Shown piece after piece: positions 9,795 to 22,124 of a stretch of 64,000 nucleotides of DNA. Location of the stretch: positions 17,655 to 81,654 of the forward strand of contig CAWEHE010000007.1 of the NCBI GenBank assembly GCA_963808735.1, in the 5' to 3' direction. The stretch's first letter is position 1; the number at the start of each line of letters is the position of its first letter. A model generated the notes under the pieces. It was not told the DNA's origin, made no database searches, and saw nothing but the letters and a program-made list of their open reading frames with translations. A program made the position numbers and the translations under genes. Origin of the DNA: an uncultured Thermoleophilia bacterium (GTDB lineage Bacteria; Actinomycetota; Thermoleophilia; UBA2241).

Positions 9795-11114
9795 CTAGCG
9801 CGTGACGCGGCCGGGGCCGTAGACGGCGGCCGCGTCCTCGCGGATCTGGTCTCTGAATGCCGGGTCGGCGATCTCGAGGAGCGCCTCGGCGCGCTCGCGC
9901 AGCCCGAGGCCGCGCAGGTGGGCGACGCCGTGCTCGGTGACGACGTAGTCGACGTCGGCGCGCATGGTGGTCACCGCGGTGCCCGGCTCGAGCGCCGCGA
10001 CGATGCGGGAGACGGCGCCCTTCTTCGCCGTGCTCGGCAAGGCGATGATCGCCTTGCCGTCGCGGCTGCGGGCGGCGCCGCGCACGAAGTCGACCTGGCC
10101 GCCGATGCCGGTGAACTGCGCCGCGCCCATGGAGTCGGCGACGACCTGGCCCATGAGGTCGACCTGGATGGCCGAGTTGATGGCGACCACCCGGTCGTTC
10201 TGCGCGATCACGTAGGGGTCGTTGACGTAGTTGACCGGGTACATGTTCACGGCCGGGTTGTCGTCGACGAAGTCGTACAGGCGCCGCGTGCCCATGAGGA
10301 AGTTGGCGACCATCTTGCCGGTGTGGATGGTCTTGAGGCTGTTGGTGATGACGCCCTCGTTGTACAGGTCGACGACGCCCTCGCTGAACATCTCGCTGTG
10401 GATGCCCAGGTCGTTCTTCTCGTGCAGGAAGAGCAGGACGGCGTCGGGGATGCCGCCGATGCCGAGCTGCAGGCAGGAGCCGTCGTCCACGAGGCCGGCG
10501 ATGTGCTTGCCGATGGCCTCCTCGATGGGGCCGATCCGCGGCGGTTGCAGCTCGATGATGTCCTGATCGCTCTCGACGATGCGGTCGATCTCGGAGACGT
10601 GGATGAACGCGTCACCGTGCGTGCGCGGCATCTTGGGGTTCACCTGGGCGACGACCGTCCTGGCCACCTGGGCCGCCGGCTTGGTGTAGTCGACGGAGAT
10701 GCCGAACGAGCAGAACCCGTGCTTGTCGGGGGGTGAGACGTGGATGAGCACCACGTCCGGAGTCAGGTACCCCTCGCAGAACAGCTTGGGGATCTCGTGG
10801 AAGAAGACCGGGACGTAGTCGCCGCGGCCGTCCTTGACCGCCTCGCGGGTCGAGGCGCCGACGAACAGCGACTTGTGGTAGAAGGCGTCGGCGTACTCGG
10901 GCCTGGCGTACTCGCCTTTGCCCATCGCCACCATGTGGTTGATCTCGACGCGCTCGAGCTCGCCGGCGCGCGCGACCAGCGCGTCGACCAGGTCGAGCGG
11001 CTCGCCGCAGGCGTGCGCGAAGACCACTCGGTCCCCCGACTTCACGCACGCGAGAGCCTCGGCGGCCGTGGTGCGTTTGGCGGCGTAGTCGGTCGTCCAG
11101 TCCATCCCTCTCAC
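9795..11114 (-). CDS. 4-hydroxybutyrate CoA-transferase (acetyl-CoA hydrolase/transferase family)
   Basis: MDWTTDY...VKSGDRVVFAHACGEP matches Cat2/AbfT N-terminus. GTG at 11114 overlaps upstream stop (GTGA); alternative ATG at 11105. Confidence 0.8.
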   Translation of the reverse strand: MRGMDWTTDYAAKRTTAAEALACVKSGDRVVFAHACGEPLDLVDALVARAGELERVEINHMVAMGKGEYARPEYADAFYHKSLFVGASTREAVKDGRGDYVPVFFHEIPKLFCEGYLTPDVVLIHVSPPDKHGFCSFGISVDYTKPAAQVARTVVAQVNPKMPRTHGDAFIHVSEIDRIVESDQDIIELQPPRIGPIEEAIGKHIAGLVDDGSCLQLGIGGIPDAVLLFLHEKNDLGIHSEMFSEGVVDLYNEGVITNSLKTIHTGKMVANFLMGTRRLYDFVDDNPAVNMYPVNYVNDPYVIAQNDRVVAINSAIQVDLMGQVVADSMGAAQFTGIGGQVDFVRGAARSRDGKAIIALPSTAKKGAVSRIVAALEPGTAVTTMRADVDYVVTEHGVAHLRGLGLRERAEALLEIADPAFRDQIREDAAAVYGPGRVTR

Positions 11115-11452
11115 TCCTTGATCTTGCGCGTCACGGTGGGGGCGATCTCAGTGGACGGCGTCGGTACGCCGTCGACGAGCTCGCCCGCGATCACGACCAC
11201 AGGTGCCTGGTCGCGGCCGGCGGGGGCGCCCTCCGCGCCCTCTCCGGCCGGCTCACCGCCTTCCGCGACGAGCTGGTGCCCGGAGGCACACGCCCTGGGA
11301 CAGCCGCTCAGATGCACGGTCGTCCCCGGGGGTACGTCCGGGTCGTCGACGGGCAAGTCGGCGGCGACGGCGGCGCGGTCGATGTGGGGGTTGCAGCCCC
11401 CGCAGTACACGACCTCCACGCGCTTCTCCGCCGGCGTGCCGTCTTCGGTCAT
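11111..11452 (-). CDS. Small Cys-rich protein, thioredoxin-like [2Fe-2S] ferredoxin / CGGC-motif-like (113 aa)
   Basis: MTEDGTPAEKRVEVVYCGGCNPHIDRAAV...HLSGCPRACASGHQLV: C-x2-C...(32 aa)...C-x3-C spacing and GCxxxCxxG motif. ATG overlaps AbfD stop (ATGA). Confidence 0.5.
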   Translation of the reverse strand: MTEDGTPAEKRVEVVYCGGCNPHIDRAAVAADLPVDDPDVPPGTTVHLSGCPRACASGHQLVAEGGEPAGEGAEGAPAGRDQAPVVVIAGELVDGVPTPSTEIAPTVTRKIKE

Positions 11453-12954
11453 CGTGGGTGCGTGGTCACCGCGGTCGGCGACTTGACCTTCGTCTTGTCC
11501 CACGGCCTGCCGACCTCGGCGATGGCCTTGGCCAGGTCCTTCTTGTGGTTCAGGTTCGACTGGCGGGCGATCATGATGCGCTGCGCCTGCGGTGAGCCCG
11601 CGCCGTGCATGGACTCGGTCCGGTAGCCGACGGCGCCGGCGCCGATGGTCAGGTTCTCGATCAGGCGCAGGATGCGCATGCGGTCGATGGTGGGCGTGTC
11701 GCACTGGCCGGCGAAGTACTTCTCGACGATGGGCCCGATCTTCTCGTCGGCGAGGTCCTGGGCCGACGGCATCGTGACCATGAGGCCGCCGGCGATGTCT
11801 TCGGCGAGGCGGGCGATCTCGTAGGGGAAGCGGGTCACGTTCTGCTTGCAGACGTTGGCCAGCAGCATGTCGATCTGGTAGTTGCCCGCCGGCATCTTGA
11901 CGCCCTCGTAGGAGCAGGCCAGCCCGCACGAGAACAGCGTCTCGTTGAGGTGGGTCATCTCGATGAGCTTGTCCTTGATGTGGCTGGCCTTGGCGACGCC
12001 GTTCATGTCGGCGGCCGTCGCGGCGGCGCCGATCAGCACATCGCCGACGCCGACCTTGCAGCCGCCGTAGCTCTGGCGGTGGAAGCCGGCGAAGCGCTCG
12101 ACGAGCGCGCCGGAGAACTCGATCTCGCCGCACAGGAAGACGCGGTCCCAGGGGACGAACACGTTCTCGAACACCATCAGAGCTTCCTGGCCGCCGAAGC
12201 GCATGTTGCCGACGTCCAGGTCTGACTCCTCGAACTTGCGCGTGTCGCAGCTCTGACGGCCGTAGATGTAGTAGACGCCCTCGGCGTTGGCCGGGCAGCT
12301 GAAGCTGACGGCGAAATCTTCGTCACCCTCGCGCATCGCCACGGTGGGCATGACGATGATCTCGTGCGAGTTGCAGGCGCCGGTCTGGTGGGCCTTCGCC
12401 CCGCTCACCACGATGCCGTCGTCGCGCTTCTCGACGATGTGCACGTAGACGTCGGGGTCGGGCTGCTGGTGCGGCGGCAGGGAGCGGTCGCCCTTGGGGT
12501 CGGTCATGGCGCCGTCGGCGACGAGGTCGTTGTCCTGCAGGTACTGGACGTACTTCTTGAAGCGCGCGTGGTACTCCGTGCCGCGCGCCTGGTCGGTCTC
12601 GTAGGTGACCGAGTACAGCGCGTTGATCGCGTCCATGCCGACGCAGCGCTGGAAGCACGAGCCGGTCTTCTGGCCCAGCAGGCGCTGCATCTTGACCTTC
12701 TTGGAGAGGTCCTCGGTCGACTGGTGGATGTGCGAGAAGCGGTTGATCCGCTTGCCCGTGAGATGGCTGGTCGCCAGCATCAGATCCTCGTACTCGGGCT
12801 GGGCCGCGAGCTCGTAGGTCATGGCGATGCAGTTGATGCTGGGGCGGATGAGCGGGTGGTGGACGTAGTCCTCGATCTGCTCGCCGAACAGGTAGATCTG
12901 CAGGTGCAGATCGGCGAGGCTCTGGACGAACTCCTCGGGCGTTCTGAGAGCCAT
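11449..12954 (-). CDS. abfD: 4-hydroxybutyryl-CoA dehydratase / vinylacetyl-CoA delta-isomerase (HpaB-fold)
   Basis: 4-HPA hydroxylase-like fold with AbfD-type [4Fe-4S] ligand motifs CFQRC and H-x6-C (HLNETLFSC). Clustered with a CoA-transferase and Fe-ADH. Confidence 0.75.
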   Translation of the reverse strand: MALRTPEEFVQSLADLHLQIYLFGEQIEDYVHHPLIRPSINCIAMTYELAAQPEYEDLMLATSHLTGKRINRFSHIHQSTEDLSKKVKMQRLLGQKTGSCFQRCVGMDAINALYSVTYETDQARGTEYHARFKKYVQYLQDNDLVADGAMTDPKGDRSLPPHQQPDPDVYVHIVEKRDDGIVVSGAKAHQTGACNSHEIIVMPTVAMREGDEDFAVSFSCPANAEGVYYIYGRQSCDTRKFEESDLDVGNMRFGGQEALMVFENVFVPWDRVFLCGEIEFSGALVERFAGFHRQSYGGCKVGVGDVLIGAAATAADMNGVAKASHIKDKLIEMTHLNETLFSCGLACSYEGVKMPAGNYQIDMLLANVCKQNVTRFPYEIARLAEDIAGGLMVTMPSAQDLADEKIGPIVEKYFAGQCDTPTIDRMRILRLIENLTIGAGAVGYRTESMHGAGSPQAQRIMIARQSNLNHKKDLAKAIAEVGRPWDKTKVKSPTAVTTHPR

Positions 12955-13422
12955 GCGTGCACTCCTTCCTGGCGCCCTCGGAGGGTCGGGCGCGGCCGCT
13001 GGCCTGGCGGGCGCGGGCGCGCGCAGATGCGGGAGCGCTCGCGCGTTGGTTCGATGCGGTGAGGGCGGAAGCCGTCGCGATGGCTCCTAGCGCCCTCGTG
13101 AATCACTATAGAAGCGAGCAGGGGCTTAGTCAATGAGGGCGAGGGGAGAGCCAACCGGGCACCCTCCACTTATACGGAATGTCCAACACGCGATGGACGA
13201 ATGTGGCGGGTTCGGAAGGCTTGGCCCGCCACTTGCGGTAGACACGGCAGCCGGTCACTGCGGTCTGTTCGGGCTTCGGTTCGCCACGGTGTACCAAGTT
13301 GCCCACCTGGTCCACCCAAGTTTGGCCCGGATGTCGACTGCGGGGGACGGGGCGAGGGCGTATACTCCGGGCGCCTCGCGCCCCGTCTCGGTTCACACGC
13401 GCGAGGCGTGAGCGGAGCCTGA

Positions 13423-14826
<1,404 letters not shown>

Positions 14827-14924
14827 GCCACCTTCTGGGTAAGTACGACGCAGCACAAGCTTGAGTATCAGTTGAGCGCATCCCGCCGGGTCACAAGCCC
14901 GGGGGGCTGAAAGGAGCGGCGAGC

Positions 14925-15266
14925 ATGAAGAAGATCGAGTGCTACATCCAGCCGTACAACCTCGACACCGTGGCCGAGGCCCTGGCGGTCGAGGGCGTGG
15001 TCGGTATGTCGGTCGCCGAGGTCAAGGGCTTCGGCGTCCAGAAGGGGTTCACGCGCGGCGAGGACGTCAAGGTACACGAGTACCGCTTCCACCCCAAGAT
15101 GAAGGTCGAGATGGTCGTGCTCGAGAAGGACGTCGAGCGCATCGTGGCCGCCATCACGGAGTCCCTCAAGAGCAACCAGATCGGCGAGGGCAAGATCTTC
15201 GTGCTCCCGATCGACGACGCCGTGCGCACGCGCACCGGCCAGCGCGGACGCGACGCCATCACGTGA
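14925..15266 (+). CDS. P-II family nitrogen-regulatory-like protein (non-canonical T-loop)
   Basis: MKKIECYIQPYNLD...VKGFGVQKGF...IGEGKIFVLPIDDAVRTRTG matches P-II fold. T-loop reads RGEDV instead of RGAEY (no Tyr51). Confidence 0.7.
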   Translation: MKKIECYIQPYNLDTVAEALAVEGVVGMSVAEVKGFGVQKGFTRGEDVKVHEYRFHPKMKVEMVVLEKDVERIVAAITESLKSNQIGEGKIFVLPIDDAVRTRTGQRGRDAIT

Positions 15267-15308
15267 GCCGCCCGCGGCCGTGAGGCCGTAGAGCAAGACG
15301 TACGTGAC

Positions 15309-15368
15309 GAGGGGCCCGGCGAACGCCGGGCCCCTCGCGCGAAAGGGGGCGGCCGCGCGGCCGCCCCC
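15309..15368. terminator. Two consecutive GC-rich hairpins between convergent P-II gene and trxA (bidirectional terminators)
   Basis: GAGGGGCCCGGCG-aa-CGCCGGGCCCCTC and palindrome GGGGGCGGCCGCGCGGCCGCCCCC. Confidence 0.5.
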
Positions 15369-15453
15369 TTCGCTTGACGCCGGCGGCCTCGCGGCCGCCC
15401 ATTTCGCTGTCGAACGGTCCCGTCGCGCTCCACGCCTGCGACAGGCGACGCGC

Positions 15454-15777
15454 TCAGGCCAGCTCGAACTCCTTGAGGAAGTCGGCCTTGGAGCGGGCGC
15501 CGATGACCTTCTTGGCCGGCTCGCCGTCCTTGAAGAGGATGATCGTCGGGATGCTCATGATGCCGTACTTCTGCGCGGTCGCCGGGTTCTCGTCGACGTT
15601 GACCTTGCCGACGCTCACCTTGTCGCCGTGCTCCTGGGCGATCTCGTCGATCACCGGGCCGACCATGCGGCAGGGGCCGCACCACGGCGCCCAGAAGTCG
15701 ACGATCATCGGCGTACCGGCATCCGCGACCTCGGTGTCGAACGTCGCGTCGGTCAGGGTCTTCACTTCGCTGGCCAC
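15454..15777 (-). CDS. trxA: Thioredoxin
   Basis: WCGPC active site; 107 aa. Confidence 0.9.
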   Translation of the reverse strand: MASEVKTLTDATFDTEVADAGTPMIVDFWAPWCGPCRMVGPVIDEIAQEHGDKVSVGKVNVDENPATAQKYGIMSIPTIILFKDGEPAKKVIGARSKADFLKEFELA

Positions 15778-15832
15778 GTGGTCTCCTCCTTGGGGTGGCA
15801 GGTTCTGACCCTGCCCATTGGTCGTGATTGTC

Positions 15833-16225
15833 TCACAGGCTTTCGAGGACGCGGTCCAGGCGCTTCTGGACCTCCTCGGCGATCGGCTCGAGGCGCTCGT
15901 TGCCCACCATGCCCATCATCGCGCCGGCGTTGATCGCCGTGACGCGCGTGCCCTTGTCGGTCGCATAGACGACCACGTTGCAGGGGAGCAGGACGCCGAG
16001 GTCAGGCTCCACCTCGAGCGCCGCGTGGGCGAGCTTGGGGTTGCAGGCTCCCAGGATGGTGTGCGGCGGGACGTCGACGCCGAGCTTCTCCTTCATCGTC
16101 GCCTTGACGTCGATCTCCGTGATGACGCCGAAGCCCTCGGCCTTCAGCGCCTCGACGACCCGGGCCCGGGCGGCCTCATAGGGTTCATCGAGAGAACGGC
16201 CGACGCCGTACTCCATTCCTTGCAT
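15833..16225 (-). CDS. DUF302 domain protein
   Basis: MQGMEYGVGRSLDEPYEAARARVVEALKAEGFGVITEIDV... is typical of DUF302. Alternative upstream start at 16270. Confidence 0.65.
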   Translation of the reverse strand: MQGMEYGVGRSLDEPYEAARARVVEALKAEGFGVITEIDVKATMKEKLGVDVPPHTILGACNPKLAHAALEVEPDLGVLLPCNVVVYATDKGTRVTAINAGAMMGMVGNERLEPIAEEVQKRLDRVLESL

Positions 16226-16262
16226 GGCAAACCTCCTCGTAGCTGGGGGGACTGCGACGCAT

Positions 16263-16278
16263 ATACCCACTGGGGTAT
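16263..16278. promoter_or_regulatory. 16-bp palindrome ATACCC-N4-GGGTAT upstream of DUF302-trxA operon (candidate operator)
   Basis: Perfect 6-bp inverted half-sites; located 38-53 bp upstream of the DUF302 start codon. Confidence 0.35.
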
Positions 16279-16500
16279 GAGGTCATGCTTCCGTCCCTCC
16301 TCGGCACTCACGACCAACATGCCCGCCTGTTGCGGCCGCCAATCGCCCGCCGGCCGCGGCCGGCGCCGCTCCCGCCGGGCTGCCGGCCGGACTGCCGGCA
16401 ACTCCCCCCAAGAACGGTGTTTCCGCTATCATCTGGGGTTCACGGCCGCCGCCCGCAGCGGGGGCGGCCGGCCTGTCGGCGACGAGGAGAGTGGAGTGCC

Positions 16501-18158
16501 GTGAGAAGCGACGAGATCAAGCGTGGTCTGGCCCGTGCGCCTCACCGCTCGCTGCTGCGTGCGCTCGGCGTGAGCGACGCGGAGATGGACCGGCCGTTCA
16601 TCGGCGTCGCCAACGCCTTCAGCGAGGTCGTCCCGGGCCACGCGCACCTGCGGACCATCGTCGAAGGCGTCAAGGCCGGCGTGCGCTCGGCCGGCGGCGT
16701 GCCCATGGAGTTCGGCGTGATGGGCATCTGCGACGGGCTCGCCATGAACCACCTCGGCATGAACTACTCGCTGCCCAGCCGCGAGCTCATCGCCGACACC
16801 GTCGAGTCCATGACCATCGCCCACGCCTTCGACGCGCTCGTGCTCGTGCCGTGCTGCGACAAGATCGTGCCCGGCATGCTCATGGCCGCGATGCGGCTGA
16901 ACGTGCCGGCGATCATGGTCGGCGGCGGGGCGATGCTCGCCGGCCACCTGGGCGGGCGCACCATCGACCTGAACAGCGTCTTCGAGGCCGTCGGCCAGCA
17001 CCAGGCCGGCAAGCTCGACGACGAGGGCCTCAAGGCCATCGAGTGCAGCGCCTGCCCCACCTGCGGCTCGTGCTCCGGCATGTTCACCGCCAACTCGATG
17101 AACTGCCTCGCCGAGGTCATCGGCATGGCGCTGCCCGGCAACGGCACGATCCCCGCCGTCTACAGCGAGCGCGTGCGCTTCGCCAAGGACAGCGGCGAGA
17201 AGGTCATGGAGGTGCTCGCCGCCGACCTCAAGCCCCGGGACATCCTGACCGACGCCGCGGTCGGCAACGCCCTCGCCGCCGACGCCAGCCTCGGCTGCAG
17301 CACCAACACCGTGCTCCACCTCACCGCCATCGCCACCGAGGCGGGGCTCGACTTCGACCTGCGGCGCATCAACGAGGTGGCAGCCAACGTGCCGCACATC
17401 TGCAAGATCGCCCCCGCCGGCACGCATCACATGGAGGACCTCTACCATGCCGGCGGCATCCAGGCCGTGATGAAGCAGCTGATCGCCGCGGGTCTCATGG
17501 ACGGCTCCGCGCTCAGCGTCGCCGGCGGCACCGTGGGCGAGGCCGTGGCCGGCGCCCGCGTCGTCGACGACGACGTCATCCGGCCCCTAGATCGCGCCTA
17601 CCACGCCACCGGCGGCCTCGCGGTGCTCTTCGGCAACCTCGCCCCGCTCGGCGCCGTGGTCAAGGAGGGCGCCGTCGCCGACGAGATGCTGCGGCACACC
17701 GGGCCCGCGCGCGTCTTCGAGTGCGAGAAGGACGCGGTGGCGGCCATCTCGACCGGCGACATCGCCACCGGCTCGGTGCTCATCATCCGCGGCGAAGGCC
17801 CCAGGGGCGCGCCCGGCATGCCCGAGATGCTCAGCGCCACGTCGATGCTGGCCGGTCAGGGCCGGGACAAGGATGTGGCGCTCATCACCGACGGCCGCTT
17901 CAGCGGCGCGACGCGCGGCGCGGCCATCGGGCACGTCGCGCCGGAGGCCTACGCCGGCGGTCCCATCGGCATCGTCCACGACGGCGACACGATCAGCATC
18001 GACATCCCCGCGCGCACGCTCACGCTCGACCTCCCGGAGGAGGAGATCGCGCGGCGTGCGGCGGCGCAGCCGCCCATCGCGCCGCGCGACGGCGTAACCG
18101 GGTACCTGGCCCGTTACGTCAGACTCGTCTCCGGCGCGGAGAAGGGAGCAGTGCTGCA

Positions 18159-18162
<4 letters not shown>
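16501..18162 (+). CDS. ilvD: Dihydroxy-acid dehydratase
   Basis: IlvD/EDD family: CDKIVPGMLMAA, [2Fe-2S] Cys motif CPTCGSCSGMFTANSM, SGATRGAAIGHV. Confidence 0.9.
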
Positions 18163-19882
<1,720 letters not shown>

Positions 19883-19886
<4 letters not shown>

Positions 19887-20362
19887 AGCACACCCTCTCC
19901 ATCGTCGTCGAGAACAAGCCCGGCGTGCTCACGCGGGTCGCCGGGCTCTTCGCCCGCCGCGGCTTCAACATCGAGAGCCTGGCGGTCGGGCTCAGCGAAG
20001 ACCCGCGGCTCTCCCGCATCACCATCGTGATCGACGGCGACGAGCACCCGGTCGACCAGGTCACGAAGCAGCTGCACAAGCTCATCAACGTGCTCAAGAT
20101 CCGCGACCTCGAGGCCGGCAACGCCGTGTCGGCCGAACTGCTCCTCGTGCGCGTCGCCGGCGAGGGTGACAAGCGCACCGAAGCGCTGCAGATCGCCGAG
20201 ATCTTCAAGGCCAAGATCGTCGACGTCGACCGCCGCGCGCTCACGCTGCGCGTCGTCGGCACCAACGACAAGCTCGAGGCGCTCCTCGAGCTGCTCCAGC
20301 CCCTCGGTGTGCTCGAGGTGGTGCGCACCGGCACGATCGCCATGGGGCGCGGCCGGGGCTGA
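19883..20362 (+). CDS. ilvN: Acetolactate synthase small (regulatory) subunit
   Basis: ACT domain [33 protein letters not shown]. ATG overlaps ilvB stop. Confidence 0.9.
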
Positions 20363-20391
20363 GGCCCCGCGTCCGCACTGAAGACGCCGCG

Positions 20392-20436
20392 AGGGGCGGG
20401 TCCGGCTGTGCCGGACCCGCCCCTCGGCGTTTCTGC
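20392..20436. terminator. Bidirectional terminator hairpin between ilvN and convergent Kelch-repeat gene
   Basis: 16-bp perfect stem GAGGGGCGGGTCCGGC/GCCGGACCCGCCCCTC followed by GGCGTTTCTGC. Confidence 0.55.
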
Positions 20437-20481
20437 TGCCCGCCGCCGGAACCCCCGGCCGCAGGCGCCGTCAGCGTCGAG

Positions 20482-21691
20482 CTACCAGGGCCAGAGACGC
20501 GGCGTGGCGCGCCAGACGTCGTCGTCGACGAGCGACGGATCGGGGTTCACGAACGAGATCTCACGGTCGCCGCCGAACGTGTAGATCGACTCGCGCAGCC
20601 CGAAGAGGCCGGTCCTGACCATGAGCGAGTCGAAGTCGTACTTGACGTCCGCGGCGCTGGACGCGTTCCACGGGCTGCCCGGGAGCCGGGTCCAGTTCTT
20701 GCCGTCGCGGCTCGACCACTGGTCGGTCGGATGGCCGGGGAGGAACGGGTTGGTGGGTCCGGGCGGCTGCGTGGGATCCGCGAGCGACGGCCAGCCGAAG
20801 CCGCCGAACACGACGATGGACCCGTAGAGCACCTGGGCCTGATGTCCGGGGCGGGGGCTCCAGGCCGCGGACGGCGTCACCAGCTCCCACGCGGCGCCGT
20901 TGCGCGAGCGCCACACGTCGTTGAAGTAGGGGCACTGCAGGCCGGCCGGGCCCACCGTGCAGAGGAAGCCGTCCTCGCCGCCGAGGAGGTACAGGTAGCC
21001 GTCCTTCTTGACCACGGCCGCTCCGGCGCGCGGCGACCAGGCGGCGTCGGCGGTGACCTGCTGCCACGACTTGCCGTCGCGAGGAGCGCCAGACGTCGTT
21101 GAACAGCTCGCGACCGCTGCCGCCGATGGCGACGTCGTCGCCGTTGCTGCCGCCCATCACGTAGATGTAGTCGCCGAACACGATGGCGCTGAGGCCGGCG
21201 CGGCCCTTCCACGGAGCGCTGGGGGTCAGCTGCTTCCAGTTCTTGCCGTCGTACGACTTCCAGACGTCGTTGAAGAACTGGGACGGCTGTCCCGGTCCTG
21301 CAGACAGATTCTGGCCGCCGAGCACGTACATGGCGCCATCCTTGGTCACCGCCTGGAAGTAGCCGCGTGCGGCCCACGGCGCCGTGCCGAGAGCCCGCCA
21401 GGAATGCCCGAGGTCGCTGCTCTTCCACACGTCGTTCCACAGGATGCTGCCGAACGGGTTGAACTGCGTGGGGTCCGGCGTGCGGCCGCCCATCACGTAG
21501 AAGTCGCCGCGCAGCTGGACTGCCTGAAGACCGGCACGGCCGGTCCAGCCCGAGGGATCGTCGCCGTAGACCTTCGTCCACGACAGCGACGGGCTGAAGC
21601 CGCCGCCGGTGGCCCCCGCGATGGGGACGGCGACGAGCAGTGTGAGCAGGGCGAGCGCCGCGACGAGCGGCGCGAGGTGGCTGCGTCTCAT
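20482..21691 (-). pseudogene. Secreted Kelch-repeat (beta-propeller) protein, frameshifted near 21081-21086
   Basis: Signal peptide MRRSHLAPLVAALALLTLLVAVPIAGA. Repeated motifs FNDVWRS/FNDVWKS, YVMGG, YLLGG. The reading frame breaks after GSGRELFNDVWRS and continues in another frame (ORF 20482..21015). Confidence 0.6.
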
Positions 21692-22124
21692 GGTCTCTCT
21701 CTCCTTGGGAGGGTGGTCGCCGGGGCCCCGTTGAGGTACCTCGACGATTTGATCTGCTTCTCTACCCAGAGGTCGCCCTGCTGACCCCCCTCACCGTCGC
21801 CGGTGCGCGCCGTCGGCGTTGTCCGTGCTGACAACGAGCGGTGGCGGCCTGGAGCTTGAGCTGGCGTCTTCCGGACCGGCCGCGGGCCCTCGAGGGGCTT
21901 GTCGTCACGGGCCTGCGGTGTGTCGCGGCCGACCACGGTCGCCTCTCCGTATCGTGGACTCGTGCGCTATCCTGTCCCGGCGAGAGGCGGTTGAGCGCGA
22001 CCTTCGGAGTGCGGAGGCCCGCGTACGCCGAGGAAAGAAGAGGCCGCCCGATGCACGACGCCAGACGCTACGTGGACGTGAGACGCCGTCGGCGCCGCAA
22101 GTGGGCGCCGGCGCCGTGAGCGCG

